Below are positions 1-13,400 of a DNA stretch of 64,000 bases, in pieces. The position numbers and the translations under genes are program-made. A model generated the notes under the pieces. It was not told where the DNA came from. It did not search any database and worked only from the letters and a program-made list of their open reading frames with translations. Origin of the DNA: Tubulanus polymorphus (Eukaryota > Animalia > Nemertea). Every line of letters begins with the position of its first letter. Positions within the stretch are counted from its first letter, which is position 1. The stretch is from assembly GCF_964204645.1 (NCBI RefSeq), contig NC_134029.1, forward strand, positions 17,292,950-17,356,949, given 5' to 3'.

Positions 1-234
1 TGAGGTAGGCCTTTAAGACCAAAAATTAAAAGATAGCTTATTCTTTATTTTCCTGGCTAATTCAACTACCAACATTCATTCGACTGTATTTTGGATGTAT
101 CTGTATTTTTACATGAAATAATAATTGGTAAATTGTGATAAATTTTCACCGCAGCCTAAATTTCTTTGTGATTGTCCAGAGATAGTAATGATGTATACTA
201 CTAGTGTACCGGTCCTATTTTGCATGTAGTTTTA

Positions 235-2476
235 ATGGCCAAAAATGTACCCCTCGCCTTGTAGTTAATTCAAGTGACTGAACAGAATTTTTCGATTTTA
301 GTTAACGGCCAGTGATATACCAGGAGCGCTCCTACAGAAACCAGCTAAGGACTGCAAGAAGGGTGAACTTCAATTCTGGTTGAAATGTCGTAATCTGAAG
401 TACAGAGCTGCTGACACAAAAGCTGTCTTGGTGAATAGGTACTGAATTCAATTTTATGTTGTTTATGTTAAGTTTAATTTTTAATAAACTATATTGATTT
501 ATTTAAAGTCGTATTTTACTGTCGAACTCTACGGAGTTACCAGGATTTCCAGTCCTCCTTTTCTTTCGCAGAACTTCGTGAACTACAGGATGACTGCAAA
601 TGTTTCATTTTTTAGGTTTGAATTTAGATTTTCATGCAGGAACATAGGCCCTACACTTTCACGGGTCATTTTAGATACACATTGCACATTTTAGACAGTA
701 CACATTGCACACCTTAGAAACTGCACATTTTAGAAATGCACATTGCACATTTTCATTTCTAGGGTCGAAGAAAATACGAAGATCTCGCATAAGATTGTAG
801 ACCCTGACCCTCATAAGTGCTACTCCAATTTGAAGAAATCGAAGTGCACCTCCTGCAGTAGTAGCACTAATCCAAGAAACTTTACTAATACTAGCAGTAA
901 TATCAATACATTTAGTTCCATCAGAGAATGGGGAAACTCTGTTGTAAATATTCCAAACATATCATATGTTACGATCAGACAACACGTAGAGACATCAGGA
1001 AGGAGGATTACAGGAAGTACATATATTGAAAAGACCTTACACAAAGGATATAAGTTTTTCTACGAGAACTATATTCATAATGTATTTTCTGCTCGGGATA
1101 ATGAAAAGAATTTGTGCTTGATTAAATGTCAGAGTTTTAGATCTCAAAAGAAAAATGAAGAGCCCCACAGATTACAGTGTACATTAAACGATACTGGGTT
1201 TGTAGCAAATGCAACATGTTCTTGTGTAGCTGGGCTTAATGGTCATTATAACCATATTGTTGGTTTACTTTTCTATCTAAACCATTGCAAGTTTATGGAA
1301 CTGAAGGAGTTCCCAAAACCTGGAACTTGTACTGACGAACCCCAGCAGTGGCATAGACCAAGAACAGCTGGTGTCAATGCTGAGCCTATCATGGGGTATT
1401 GTGTGCTAAAACCTGAGTATGAAAAACAAAAAAAAGGAGTGAGCAGTACACTTTATGATGCTAGAGGCCTAGCAATTAGGAGCAATGATGGTGCTCAACT
1501 ACTTTTAGAGGAAATGAAAAAACTAAATCCTTGTAAAAACCTCAATCTCAAATCGGTTGGAAAGGTTCGAACAAGAATGGGCTTTGAAACTCCAGTTGGG
1601 TCTACATTAGCACACCAATTAGCAATTACTGAAGGGGACATGACTGTATACTGCAGTCTGGAATTGGAAGCAGACAAATATTACCCATATACCAAGCAAA
1701 CATTTCCAGATTTACCGTTATCAAACCCAGATGGAAAACTTAGATGTAATTTTGTGTTGCCAGATATTTTGATACACGAATTAGAACCGAAAATTACCAA
1801 TTTCCAACTGACTTTGGATCAGTGCATTAGCTTAGAAAAATCTACAGTTGGACAAAATTCAAACCCCCTTTGGTCAGATGCAAGAAAAGGATTGATTAAT
1901 AGCAGTAATTTCGGTAGAATTCTTAGAAGAAAATCATATTCCGTAGATTTTGCCAAGTCCCTTATGGTGAAAAAAGATCTATCTCATGTTCCAGCCATAA
2001 AGTACGGCAGGGAATATGAATCGAAGGCTGTAGATAGATATGTTCAATATATGCAAAACATAGGTAATCCTGTCACTTGTTTCGAATCAGGACTGGTGGT
2101 ACATCCATATGTCCCCTGGCTGGGTGCCTCCCCTGATCGCAAATGTATCGATAGTAAAGTAGGCTTAGGACTTCTCGAAGTCAAATGTCCCTATTCTTTT
2201 CGGGACATAAAACCACAGGGAGCTTGTTCCAATCCAACGTTTTGCTGCGAAGAAATAGGGAACAAATATTTTCTTCGAAAAGACCATGATTACTATGCCC
2301 AGATTAGAGGCCAGATGGCCTTGACTGGGTTAACTTGGTGTGACCTTCTGATTTATACAAGTAAAGGCATGTTGATAATCCGTGTTCCATTCGATCTTGA
2401 ATTTTGGAATGAGGCGTTTGCAAAATTAGCAAATTTCTTCATTAGATATTTCCTTCCTGCCATGAATGAAAATTAA
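235..2476 (+). CDS. YqaJ/lambda-exonuclease-like protein with SWIM finger, accessory ORF of an ISL2EU-type transposon (predicted exons 235-246, 302-438, 763-2476)
   Basis: Motifs TVGQNSNPLW..RKGLINSSNFG, LGASPD, LLEVKCP, YYAQIRGQM. Degenerate SWIM CSCVAG..GHYNH. Upstream exon SDIPGALL..C..ELQFWLKCRN joins in frame via GT-AG introns; the first mini-exon is tentative. Confidence 0.85.
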
Positions 2477-2705
2477 GTTTAACAACCATAAGAATGTGCA
2501 CATGTACAGTATATTTTAACTGATAAATTGATTTTCTAAGCAATAAAATGAGAGTTCCAATATATCAATGGACTTGCAGTTTGTTATCAAATACATTTTT
2601 CACAGCATAATACAAGGATTTTCACATTATTTTTCAAGTTTTTAATTAAGCAGAAATACATTTTTTCAAAATATTTCACACATCTTGACATATATACATA
2701 ATCAT

Positions 2706-3170
2706 TAATCAGATACAGATATAATTGGGTTTTGGAACAGTGTTAAAAGAGCACATACTGTCCATATTTGATTATTGATCCACTTAAACTCAATGGGATC
2801 ACTTGATCAAAAATATGAAAGGTTTTGACCTTATTAATCAATCTTTCGACATGAATCCGTTCAGCTGCCACTGACTGTGTTTTGGCAACATCATCAGCAG
2901 ACATTTGGTCTTGCATCTGAAGAAATGGCGGAATATTAAGATGAACACTCATAGGATCCAACAAATCTTGAATATCAAACCCTTTATCTGCCATAATGTC
3001 ATCACCCTGATCAAAGGGCAAGTTCAAAATTCCACTCCTAACTGTAATTTCCCGATCAGAAATACTACCAGTGTATAACTGGGAAACAAAACTTAAGTGC
3101 CCAGCAGGAATTATACCGATAAGCCCCTTAAGAGTATTACTGCTCTTATAGTTTGAATAAGTTTTTGATT
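2706..3170 (-). pseudogene. C-terminal half of a PIF/Harbinger-superfamily (ISL2EU, DDE_Tnp_4) transposase
   Basis: YSNYKSSNTLKGLIGI, YTGSISD, IMADKGF, IPPFL, RIHVERLI. Convergent with the YqaJ ORF as in ISL2EU. Frameshift near the C-terminus; N-terminal half replaced by hAT sequence. Confidence 0.85.
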
Positions 3171-5300
3171 TTAAAACCAAAGAAAAAGCAACCAATTTTT
3201 TCAAAAGGCTTTGCATGACAGGATTACGCACGAAGTAAAAGCTTATTCAGATGCTTTCAACCTCTACTACTGGGTGGCCAAAGAAGATATGCCAAACTGC
3301 AAAGGTCCAAAACTGTATGATTTCTGTCAGAAGAATTTTAGTTAAAAACTAGAATACTTCATGATGTAACTAGAGAAATCTACTTGGTTCTTGGTCAATA
3401 AAAGAGAATCTTCTGAAACATGCGAGATCTGCTAATTATTTTTCACTTTTAGCTAACGAAGTCACAGATATTTCCGTTACTGAGCAGTTGATCACATTTA
3501 TTCAGTTCGTACATGAATCTTCGGTTGATGTTAAATTCTTGGCAGCGACGGATGTATTAAAGAGTCTCTTTCAATAACAAAGGTCCTTCTAGGTGAAATA
3601 GAATCAGATGAATAGATATATGTAAAATGTCGTCACTTGCGTCAGACTTACGTCAACTTTTACTGGAAAACATCGGGGTGTAGGCGCTAGATTAAAGAGA
3701 GAACAAGATGTTAAGTTAGGCCAAGAAAAAGATGCGTTTACGTATATTGCTTTTGTGGTGCTTAGCCCACAAACTTGCCTTAGCTTCTAACGATAGCAAC
3801 GATGATGTCCGCTATATCGTTCATATTGAGGAGGACCTCAGGACCCTCTGGGAATTCTTTGAGAATAGCCCTAAACGAGTAGCAATCTATTCTAAAATCC
3901 ATTTAGAATACAGGCAAAGAAATTCAAAACTAAATGAGGCGAGACAAAAATCTGAAAGAGTTAAACGCTGCAGGACTAGATGGTTGAGTTTTGGAAAGAG
4001 CGTCATGGCTGTGAAAAAAAAATTTCATTCCAATTGTCACTGAACTTCTACAATTAAAGGATTCAGATTCACCTGCTGCCGGTTTATTCAAAAAACTCAA
4101 CTGCATTAAATTTATTGGTGCAATATACATTTTGGAGGCAGTATTGCCTAATTTGAATGCACTAAGCAGTTGTTTTCAGGCGACTGTCTTGAATTTTTCG
4201 CACATAAGGCCATGTATCGAACACTGCAAAACGGAGTAAAATGAGTTAATCGATGACCAAAAACCATTTGTTGACTTAGTAAACTTAGTTGACTCAGAAT
4301 GTAGGTGATGGTGGACAATTGACACGGAACGGTCTTGAATTGGATTTAACAGCAGGATTGAAAGTTGTTCTGGAAAGCATGGTAGAAAAATACTAAAAAA
4401 TTCAGCTCTAAAAAAACATATTGATGAAAGGTTCGAATCAAGTGCCCCTATACTTGAAAAATTCACAATATTTGATCCTACACTTCTGCCAAAGAAAGAT
4501 GATGTTGCTGTGTTCAGGACTTATGGCAACGAAGAAATGAGAGAGGTACGTAATTCCTAGCTTTTACTATACTTCAATTTTAATGAATTCATGTATCTTA
4601 TTAATCACCGGAATGCTAATGAATTTTTGTTTATTTTTTAGATAGCTGACATGTACTTCTTTGACACACTGGTCAAAGTTGAACTGTTAGCAGAATGGAA
4701 CCTTTTTAAATTTCATATGGCTGAATTTACTTTACCAAGACAGGCATACTGCTTGAAAGTTCGCCTACCACCTACGTGTCGACCAAGTTGTTAGGTATGA
4801 AGGAGACCTTTTCAAATCTTTCCACTTTGGCCGAGGCAATACTTTCATTGGCATTGACCAATGCCTGGTCTGAACGTGGAGCAAGCACGTTAAAATGCAT
4901 AAAGTCTATACTTAGAAACTCGTAAGTACCATGAATTCTTTTTCACATTTGCCTACAATTCATTTGAATTTTTTTCAGTTGCATTCAACATTAAGTGGCA
5001 TTCAACATTACTAATTCTTGTCGTTTTTTTCCTGATTGTCGGACGATATGCTGGAGTCCCTATTGCAAATTTCAATCAGCGGTCCTGATACTGCTAATGG
5101 TAATGAGGTGGATGAATTGATTCAGAAGCATTCAGAATCTGGCATGAAAAGAAACACCGCAAAAAAATGAAGTCGAATTTGGTTGCTGTAGAGCAAGACA
5201 AGGACTTTTCTGATGATGATAAACTCTCAAATACTTCTTCAGATACTTCCATGGATTCTTCTTTGTCCGATTTTGATGAATAAACTTTGTAGAATTCCAG
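3170..5300 (+). mobile_element. Degraded hAT transposase (ZNF862-like) remnant
   Basis: Fragments FFSLLANEVTDISVTEQL, CLAHKLALA, FFENSPKR, CRTRWLS, and dimerisation motif LTNAWSERGAS at ~4855-4890. Many stops and frameshifts. Confidence 0.75.
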
Positions 5301-6059
5301 TTAAAAATCTGTGTTTTATTCATTAAAAACAAGTGTTTAATAATATTTCTTGTGTTTGTAATTTTGTCGTCAAATATTTCAGCATGAACTTCTGAAAAAG
5401 AATTAATGAAGACTTAATATTTATTAGATACATGCTTAATTCTACAATTAATTTCCATCAATCTATATGTAACCAGTAGTTACTATGTTTATTATTATCT
5501 ATGTATCACACAGTCAGGGTGTCTGAGAGCAGGTCTGCAACCGCAGTTTGCACTGAAGTTCCGGTGAACTATCCTTTCACCGAAAAGGAAATACTTGCAG
5601 GACTCAGTGATCCATCATTTTCTACAGACACTTTCCTAGAAAATTCAAACATTACGTGGGCTATACGGGGGTAAACTTGAGTGATCAGCAGTGAATTGGG
5701 ATTATTTAATCGTTTCACTTAATTTTCGAGTTCAGTCTTTTGAGTTATTTCACGGGAATTTTTCTACAATTCTTATTATAATTTATACCATAATTTTGAA
5801 CCATTTTCCACTGCTGAGACATCTCAAGTTAGATTTTACTTTTTATCTTTGTGGTTAGTCATGTGACATCCTGCAGGGTATCTCTGTAGGAGTGCATGAG
5901 TGCAAAAGGACTTGCTTCTGAGATTTCGAAGGAGAAGGTTCTTAGCCAAAGACCTTCTGAAATTCCTTCTAAAAGTTTTGTCTAGTTACACGGCTACCGA
6001 ATACACTTCTCCAAAAACGACTGAATCGCGTCGACTGTGGAGTAAAAATATCATTTACT

Positions 6060-7320
6060 AGTTCAAATAAAACAGAATCTTACATAAAAAATCAAGAGCT
6101 TTCAGACCTGAGACTCAATCAATCAATCGGGTTACATGAATCCAGTTTTGTAGTTGATATCAAAAGAGTAAATGAAGAAGAACCTATTCAGAATATTGAT
6201 ATTAATAAATATTCACCATTTAAAAATCCAAATTTAGATCCTTTTGATATTGATCCAGAAATGGAGAGTATGGAGATCGATACATAAAGAACTTATTTCC
6301 AACACCAGAAACATCGAGAAGAGATAATCAAAAAAATTATAATGATTCAAGTCAATTACAAGTAGTAAAACATTTAGATAACTTTATAGATACAATTAAT
6401 TCATTTGAAGAAGATATGAATAGTATTTCAGATACATTTGGTACTGAAACTGGAACAAATCAAATGCAACCTTTATCAAAAAAAGGATTTCTTGATTTAA
6501 CTGATGAAGAATTAGATTTAATTTCTGATAAAGCAATTAGAGAAATTAAGGGTGTACAAAAATCAGCTGTTAAAATTGCGCACGATAAAATGATTAGAGA
6601 TCATAAAATTAATACATTAAAAGATGAATTAACTAAATCAAATAAAGAATTAGAACAATTAAAGTCTGATTGAGATCATCAAGTAATTGATGAAATGGAA
6701 TATAGACAAAGAGAATAACGTTAAGAAAAACAAATTGATGATTTTGAATATAATATAGAATTACAGAAAGACGAAAAAGAATTATTACTAAAATCATATG
6801 ATTATAATATTAATAGATTGAAAGATTTGATAATAAAACCAAATTCTAAAGTATCATTGAAAGATAGAATAAAATTATTATTTAAGTTAGAAGGTATCAC
6901 AATTCTTTCAACTCTAACAGCTGTGACTATGATATTTACAACGATAGGTTTAGCTATATCAAATTCATTAAAATCTACACCTACCCCTAATAAACCGGAT
7001 AAACGTCCGAGTCATAATTCTATAAAAGATAGAGTTAATGATGGGTTAAAAAGATTAGCAAAGTATCTATGGGATCTCTCTTAAAAAATCTGCTGCAGCT
7101 CTACCAGGTGTTATAGCATCAATTGTTAGCATTGTTTTAAAGTCTGCTGGAAATATTATTAGTTTTGCTGCTGAACATATTATTTCATTTTTGATAACAC
7201 TTGTAAGTGCAATTATTTTTGGACTAGTGAATATGATAGAAAATAAATTATTAATTTTTCCCTTAAATAAATGAGTGGGAGTTGTATAAATCCTTCTAAG
7301 AATTCTAGAATAAGAATTAT
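6060..7320 (+). mobile_element. Polinton fragment: degraded coiled-coil membrane protein gene plus first codons of the major capsid gene
   Basis: Translations (DKAIREI, LKDRIKLLFKLEGITILS, KSAAALPGVIASIV, TAAATGAGTGGG) match 29387-30890. Confidence 0.85.
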
Positions 7321-8037
7321 AAATTTGGTGTCCCGCTTGTAAGGGACACCATATGAAAAAATCAAGCAAAATCTTTACCAATTGAATGGATAACAGGGTC
7401 GTACTTTATTTTGAGATAAAAAACCAACTTCTATTTTCCACCATCTGTCGAACAAGTTAAGTGAAGATATCGCTTAAGCTCGATGGTGTCATATAAGGTA
7501 GATCATGATCATGTGGAGAGAATCAATCGCGGCGCTGGAAGCGTAGAATGACGTGTCTGGACTTATCGACTGCATTTTCTATGTTGTATTCAGGATACAG
7601 TAGTCGGATCGGGGCGGACTCCAAGCCTTCTAGCGGGAACACGATACTCGAGTGGCATTGAGAAACAATTTTGCAACCGCTAGTTTTCGTATTTTCCCAT
7701 TTTGTGTCGATGTTTGATGAACAATGTATTGGTCTAATTTTAATTGCGAAATGGATATCTGAAAATGATGATGGGCTTCTCTCCATGTGTCCCTATTACA
7801 CAATATTCTGTCCTGAGGAAGCCTCGTCTGAAGTGCACCCGAGAATATAGATTTAAATCCTCTATCTAAAGCTTGATCAACCACTGGTAGTCCATCCAAG
7901 AAAAAATTCCAATCAACAAATTATGAATTATTCGATCTCATTTTCTATATAGAATTGATAATTAATTTTCATTACCCATTTTCTTCTATCTATGTCGGGT
8001 TAACTTGTATAAAGTGAATGAAACTTGAAATCAATGA

Positions 8038-8860
8038 TTATTGGACTGAATTCCTACAGCGGAATTTTTATACAGAGATGTTCACGAATATCTCGTCTCG
8101 GTAAAAGATACATGTAAAAATTTACCACAAAGTTACAAACATGTAATTGAGAGAAATATCAAATAAAAACTCGCTCTGTTCCGGTGAAATTGATATCGAA
8201 GTGGTAATACTATTTGGTAGTGTGAATTTGGCAAATGCAAGTGAAACTGTTAAGCATTATTGTTGTACGTTTTGATTTTGCATTTTTACGATCAGACGAA
8301 AACATTTTTGAACCTCTGAATAGCTAAATTATTATAACAGAATTTAATGTAATGATCAAAGTAAACGGTAGAAGTGAAATGTATACATCAATTATGAAAA
8401 AAGTCGAATTTGGTCTGATAATTCATAGTAACATCCAAATTAAACATAGAATCCGCGAAATGCATCGACATAGTGGGTATAAGTGTGAGAACCAGTACAT
8501 TCACTGCAATAATTATCAATGTCTAGCAAATCTAGCGAATCCCATCAAACGAGACGTGAACGGGAAGGGCACAACTGCCGCACGCTCTAGAGATATTGCT
8601 ACTATTAACCACGAACTATTGCTCGCTGCAAGTGACATAACGAATCCGTAGATTTGACAACTAATCAGTGAATTCATGATGAATATAGGACAAGAGAAAA
8701 CGAACAATAGACAAAACTGTGAAACAGGCACCAAAGTAAAACTGTTGCTTTACAAAACGCCATTGAGTGACATAACAATAAGATAGCGTAAAATAAACTT
8801 GGAAATCTTCGACTTATCATTATCAGGAAAGTAGCTTAATTTCCGAAGGTTCCCAAACTA
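8038..8860 (-). pseudogene. Pseudogene paralog of the single-exon GPCR at 17615-18568
   Basis: IFIMNSLISCQIY..ASNSSWLIVAISLERAAVVPFPFTSRL is nearly the same as in the 17615 ORF. Frameshifted; 3' flank also matches. Confidence 0.85.
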
Positions 8861-9272
8861 GATATAAATACTCGTCTGAAAAGAAAAGAATTCATTGTAA
8901 ACGACGAATTATGTTATAGTAGAATATTTGAAAAGGTTGGAAAATCCATCTATACAGAGAAGACACAGTTAATAAAAGCATCAGTTCATTACTTGACCAC
9001 AAATACACAGTTAGCCAGTTTTATTCTTAATAAAATGTTTTGAAATTAAATATTAATATGTTTTACAAGAACTTGTTGGAAATGATAAAATATCTTAAAA
9101 TAAAACATTTGAGCAAGTTGGAATATATCTATGAGTTCTATACAGGGACAAGACACATGTCGCAACCGCATCTTGTCATCGATACGGAATCTATTTCTTT
9201 TGACAAATATAGAATAAACCTTGCCCAAAAGGATTTTACAGAATCTTAGAGGGGGAGCTTAAGGCTCTCATA

Positions 9273-9978
9273 TATGGCATTAGATATTCTTTCAAAATGA
9301 AACATCAAATTTACCCGATAGCGATTTCGACGCGTCAAATGAACATTCAGTTTTTACAGAATATCTACGATAGCGAATTTGACGCGCACAATGATAATGA
9401 CTTTTGGCAGTATATCTAAAGCCTAGCGCACATCGACAACGCGATTGGAGGCAACTAGTTGCTACCGAACGATTACCCCGCGCACATCAAAATCTAGTTA
9501 CAACCGGTCAGTTGCAGCAACTGCATGGCGCGTGTCGATCGTCGAGATCCAGAGCGCGCACATCGACGGATATGACTGCGATTGAGTACAACCAGTTGCT
9601 CAAAAGTAGAACATGGGCACTGGCTGGAACTGGAGATCGACGCTTACCAATCGTAAGCTCGCTCACATCGACACATTCATGCAATTGATCGTATCCAGCC
9701 AGTCCCTCTCATGCGCCGAAAACTGCCTTGCAACTAGTTGTCTCCAATCGCAGTGTCGATGTGCGCTAGGCTTAAGATAGCGTTTTGGTTTTGTCAGAAT
9801 ATATATGAGATCATATTTGACGCGTCAAAAACGATGTTTTGACGAGCATGTTGAGTTGACGAGTAAATTCGATGTTTAGTTTAGACAGGTAAAAAATGAA
9901 AGCTTGACGGGTAGAATATGAAAGTTTGACGGGTAAATTTGATGTTTCATTTTGACATAATAATGTATCTATGCCATA
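9273..9978. mobile_element. Non-autonomous TIR element (MITE)
   Basis: tatggcat.agata..caaaatgaaacatcaaatttacccg at the left end is reverse-complemented at ~9930-9978. Confidence 0.7.
9420..9772. mobile_element. PIF/Harbinger-type MITE nested in the previous element
   Basis: TIRs agcctagcgcacatcgac / gtcgatgtgcgctaggct; 3-bp TAA TSD at 9417-9419 and 9773-9775. Confidence 0.8.
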
Positions 9979-10449
9979 CTAATCTATGGGTCCCGAGAAT
10001 AACAAAAACAGAAAACAAATTAAGTGAACAAAGATCAAAGCGACTTGGAAAAGTAAAAGAGTCATCAGATCTTTGTCAACTGATACCTAGCTGTCAGTAA
10101 TTTCCTGGTTTTCACCTGGTTCAGTTGTGTGGAAGATATAATTTCAGAAAGCTTATTCGCTTCATATTCGAACAAAATGGCGGCGTGTATGCAGAAGCAA
10201 AGTGTGTAGACGTCCGAAAATATTGTAAAATTCCTTTGGTATAGACATTTGACACTCACAAGGAGTAAACACAAGGACGTGTAAATCTCAGGAGATGTGT
10301 AAGCATGAATTTTGCGAGTTTGGTTTAATATGGTGACTTGCAAAATACACTCGAAAACTTCGTGATTTTATTTGCTATTGGACTTAGTCATTCTCGCCAT
10401 TGCAGCCCCGAGCATTACCAATAGACGCGACACAGGCGAAATCTCGTCA

Positions 10450-13400
10450 CGCATGATCGACGCTATAAAGCCGCTCGAAACAGTAGTGAATAAACTAGAA
10501 ATCTCTTCACAACCAGTATTACCGTTTATTTCATGATGCCTGCAAACGGGAAAAAAAAGAAAAAAGTAGAAACCATAATACCCCGCAAACTCAGTCGGCC
10601 AAAAGCTCGTGGGTGGTCTAGTGGCTCATCTGGGACAAATAACACCCCTCCCGCTAAAAAAGTCGTTACCGTCCAGAACGCTCCAGAGGAACCAACTTCT
10701 TCAGAAAATGAATCAGCATCGGACTACAGCGACGACTAGGATGCGCTTACATTGAAAGATGTGCTGAATGAGATCAGGGGGATGAAAAAAACCATTGAAA
10801 AGAAAATCGATAGGAAGTTCAACCTACTGAGAGAGGAGATCGAACATTTCAGATCCGAGATTGAAAAAAACTATCGATTTTAGAGTTGATTCTGTCGTAG
10901 ACCAGTTACGAAATGAGTTTACCATAAAGATAAGTGACGTCGAAAAATCGGTTAAGTCGTTGAAGTCATCGGGTACGATCACTAGTGTAGAAAATGCCCG
11001 GTTAAATTACTGGAGGAACGCATTATTGATCAAGCAGAGATGCTAGGGCCAAAGTACCAAAATTCCGGAATTTAGAACGGGGGCCTGGGGGTCCTCCCCC
11101 AGAAAAAATGTTGTGTTTTTGCATCGCCGGAGATGCAGTATCACGATCGGCATCTTTCATCTGAAAATACGACGGCAGGCATTCGTTGTGCTTCACATCC
11201 CTCGCTGCCTTCTTATGCCGCGCGCTATCCGGATGACGAAGAATATCTTTTTTCCCGCCACTACCGTATTTGACCTGGTCTTTACAAACGACGCAGTACG
11301 CCACGCCAGCTAAGTCTATCTTACGAATGTAGTTCGATAAGTAGTCCCCGTTACTGTCCTTACACTCTAGCCAGTGCCAGTTAAATTTATTTCTTATACC
11401 GCTGTCAATTGCCTTTATATCGGCCGACTCCTGACTGACAATCTTTCCGTGCGTGCTCATTTTGCAGACCGTCCCGCAAAAAGAAAGTTACAAAGCTGCG
11501 TGCCTCAGGACATAGCACGCGCGTGGTAATAATTAATATGATATTTATTAAATATCATCTTAATTACTACCACGCGCGTCTTCACATTGTTGGCCGTTAG
11601 CGGGACGATGTACAACGGCGCGTAAAGATAATTGACTTTTAATTGGAAATGGCGTCACAACAGTGGCGCTCCGCCTACGCACGCGCACAGATACCACAAC
11701 AAGCACACATATATACATTGTATCAGAACGTCCTCGGAAACAGAGACCAAGATAAAATAACACAGAAGCGACGACGAGTACAAGCAAACGAACGCTTTTA
11801 CGGTCCGTGCCATTACTGGTAGCCGCGAGGAATTCTCACCAAATTTCCGGAATTGACATCGGCGATCCTAAATTTCCGGAATTCCGGATATTTCCGGAAA
11901 ACTAGCATCTCTGATCAAGAAGCCCGATCACGTCGCGATAACCTAGTGTTTTTAGGTGTAGACGAAACCTACAATGAAGATGCTGAAAAAGCGGTTCGCA
12001 ATATCTTAGTGAAAAACTTCCAGCTGCCAAAACCTCAAGTTGATGATATTGTATTCCAGAGGGTTCACCGTAACCCTGGTAAACAGCCGCGTTCTATAAC
12101 CGCGAAATTCAGAGATTTCAAAGACCGACTGTTTCAGGCAGGCACGGAATAACGACCGCGATAAAACCATGCGAGTGGTTGAGGACTACCCCTACGAACT
12201 ACGCTATAGAAGAAGATTTTTGTTTCAAGAGCTCAACCGTATCAAAGGGGAGAACCCTAGTGCAAACGCGTTCGTGACATACGACAAATTGATCCGCGAT
12301 GGTTCGATTTATCAACTCATAGATGGGAAACTACAGCTGACTGGGCGCAGTAGACGTCCTATTCCTAGCCGTCGGTTGATGATATGCTAAACGATGGTAT
12401 ACCGCAAGAAAGCCACGACAAACCTCCTCAATCAGTGGATGTAACCCGGTTGGACAACGCGACACAAACAGTTACCCCACCAAACTTTCTACCACCGTCG
12501 AATAATGAAGTTTCGCAAACGCATGTTACAGCGCGGGAAGAACGCGGGACAGCATCAAATGTTTCGACCGATGTTAGCGCGGTGATTGGGAATGCTAGAA
12601 TTTCCCTCGAAACTGACCAACCGTAACATGACGTAGAGCAAAAAGGACATTCGAGGGCGAACTGTGGAACTTTCCAAATAGCAGCCTTAAATGTATGTGG
12701 AATTGAAGGCAAATTAGACACTCCCGAATTTAAAGCTTTTTTACAGGGCTATGAAATTGTTGTGCTTACTGAAACAAAAATAGATAACACTGACAAATTG
12801 CTAATTATTGATTACTTCGAAAATATTGGCTATAAAATTTTTCTTAACAGACATGAATTGTCCATTAGAAAATCGGGCGGTATCGCTATAGCTGTGCGAA
12901 ATAGTATTGCTAATTATGTAATCAAATCATTCCATACTAGAAAGCTAATCCAGTGGGTTGAGTTCGATAAATCGTTATGGAAGTCGAATCAAAATGTCAT
13001 TTTTGGTGGTATATATCTGCCACCTGAGTCGAGTACGAACGGAGGGGTTCATCTATTTGATGAATTGAATAATGAATTAGTAGAAGTTAAAGGTTATTCA
13101 AATTACACATGCCTTTGTGGAGATTTTAATGTTTACACAAAGGACCTCCCTGATTATTTTCTTCACGATCGCCAAATCGCAAATACACTTGGTATAGATT
13201 ATATTTTTGAGGAAAATGAACAAGCCATTTTTGAATTAGAAAGATTACTAGGTATTTTAAGACGATCTAATGCTGATATTAATACGAATAACTATGGTTT
13301 AAGATTATTGGAATCTTGTAAATTGAATAACGTATATTGTAAACAGGAGAGTTGGCGACGGCCGAGACACGGGTAGAGCTACATGTTTCAAAGGCAAAAC

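Noticed and set aside
676-756. cacattgcacattttag repeats at the start of ORF 743
   Set aside because: They lie inside the predicted intron; simple tandem duplication.
7325-8000. ORFs 7523-7786 and 7630-7899 (and 37603-37809) as genes
   Set aside because: No recognisable motif, and frames are not preserved between the duplicated arms.
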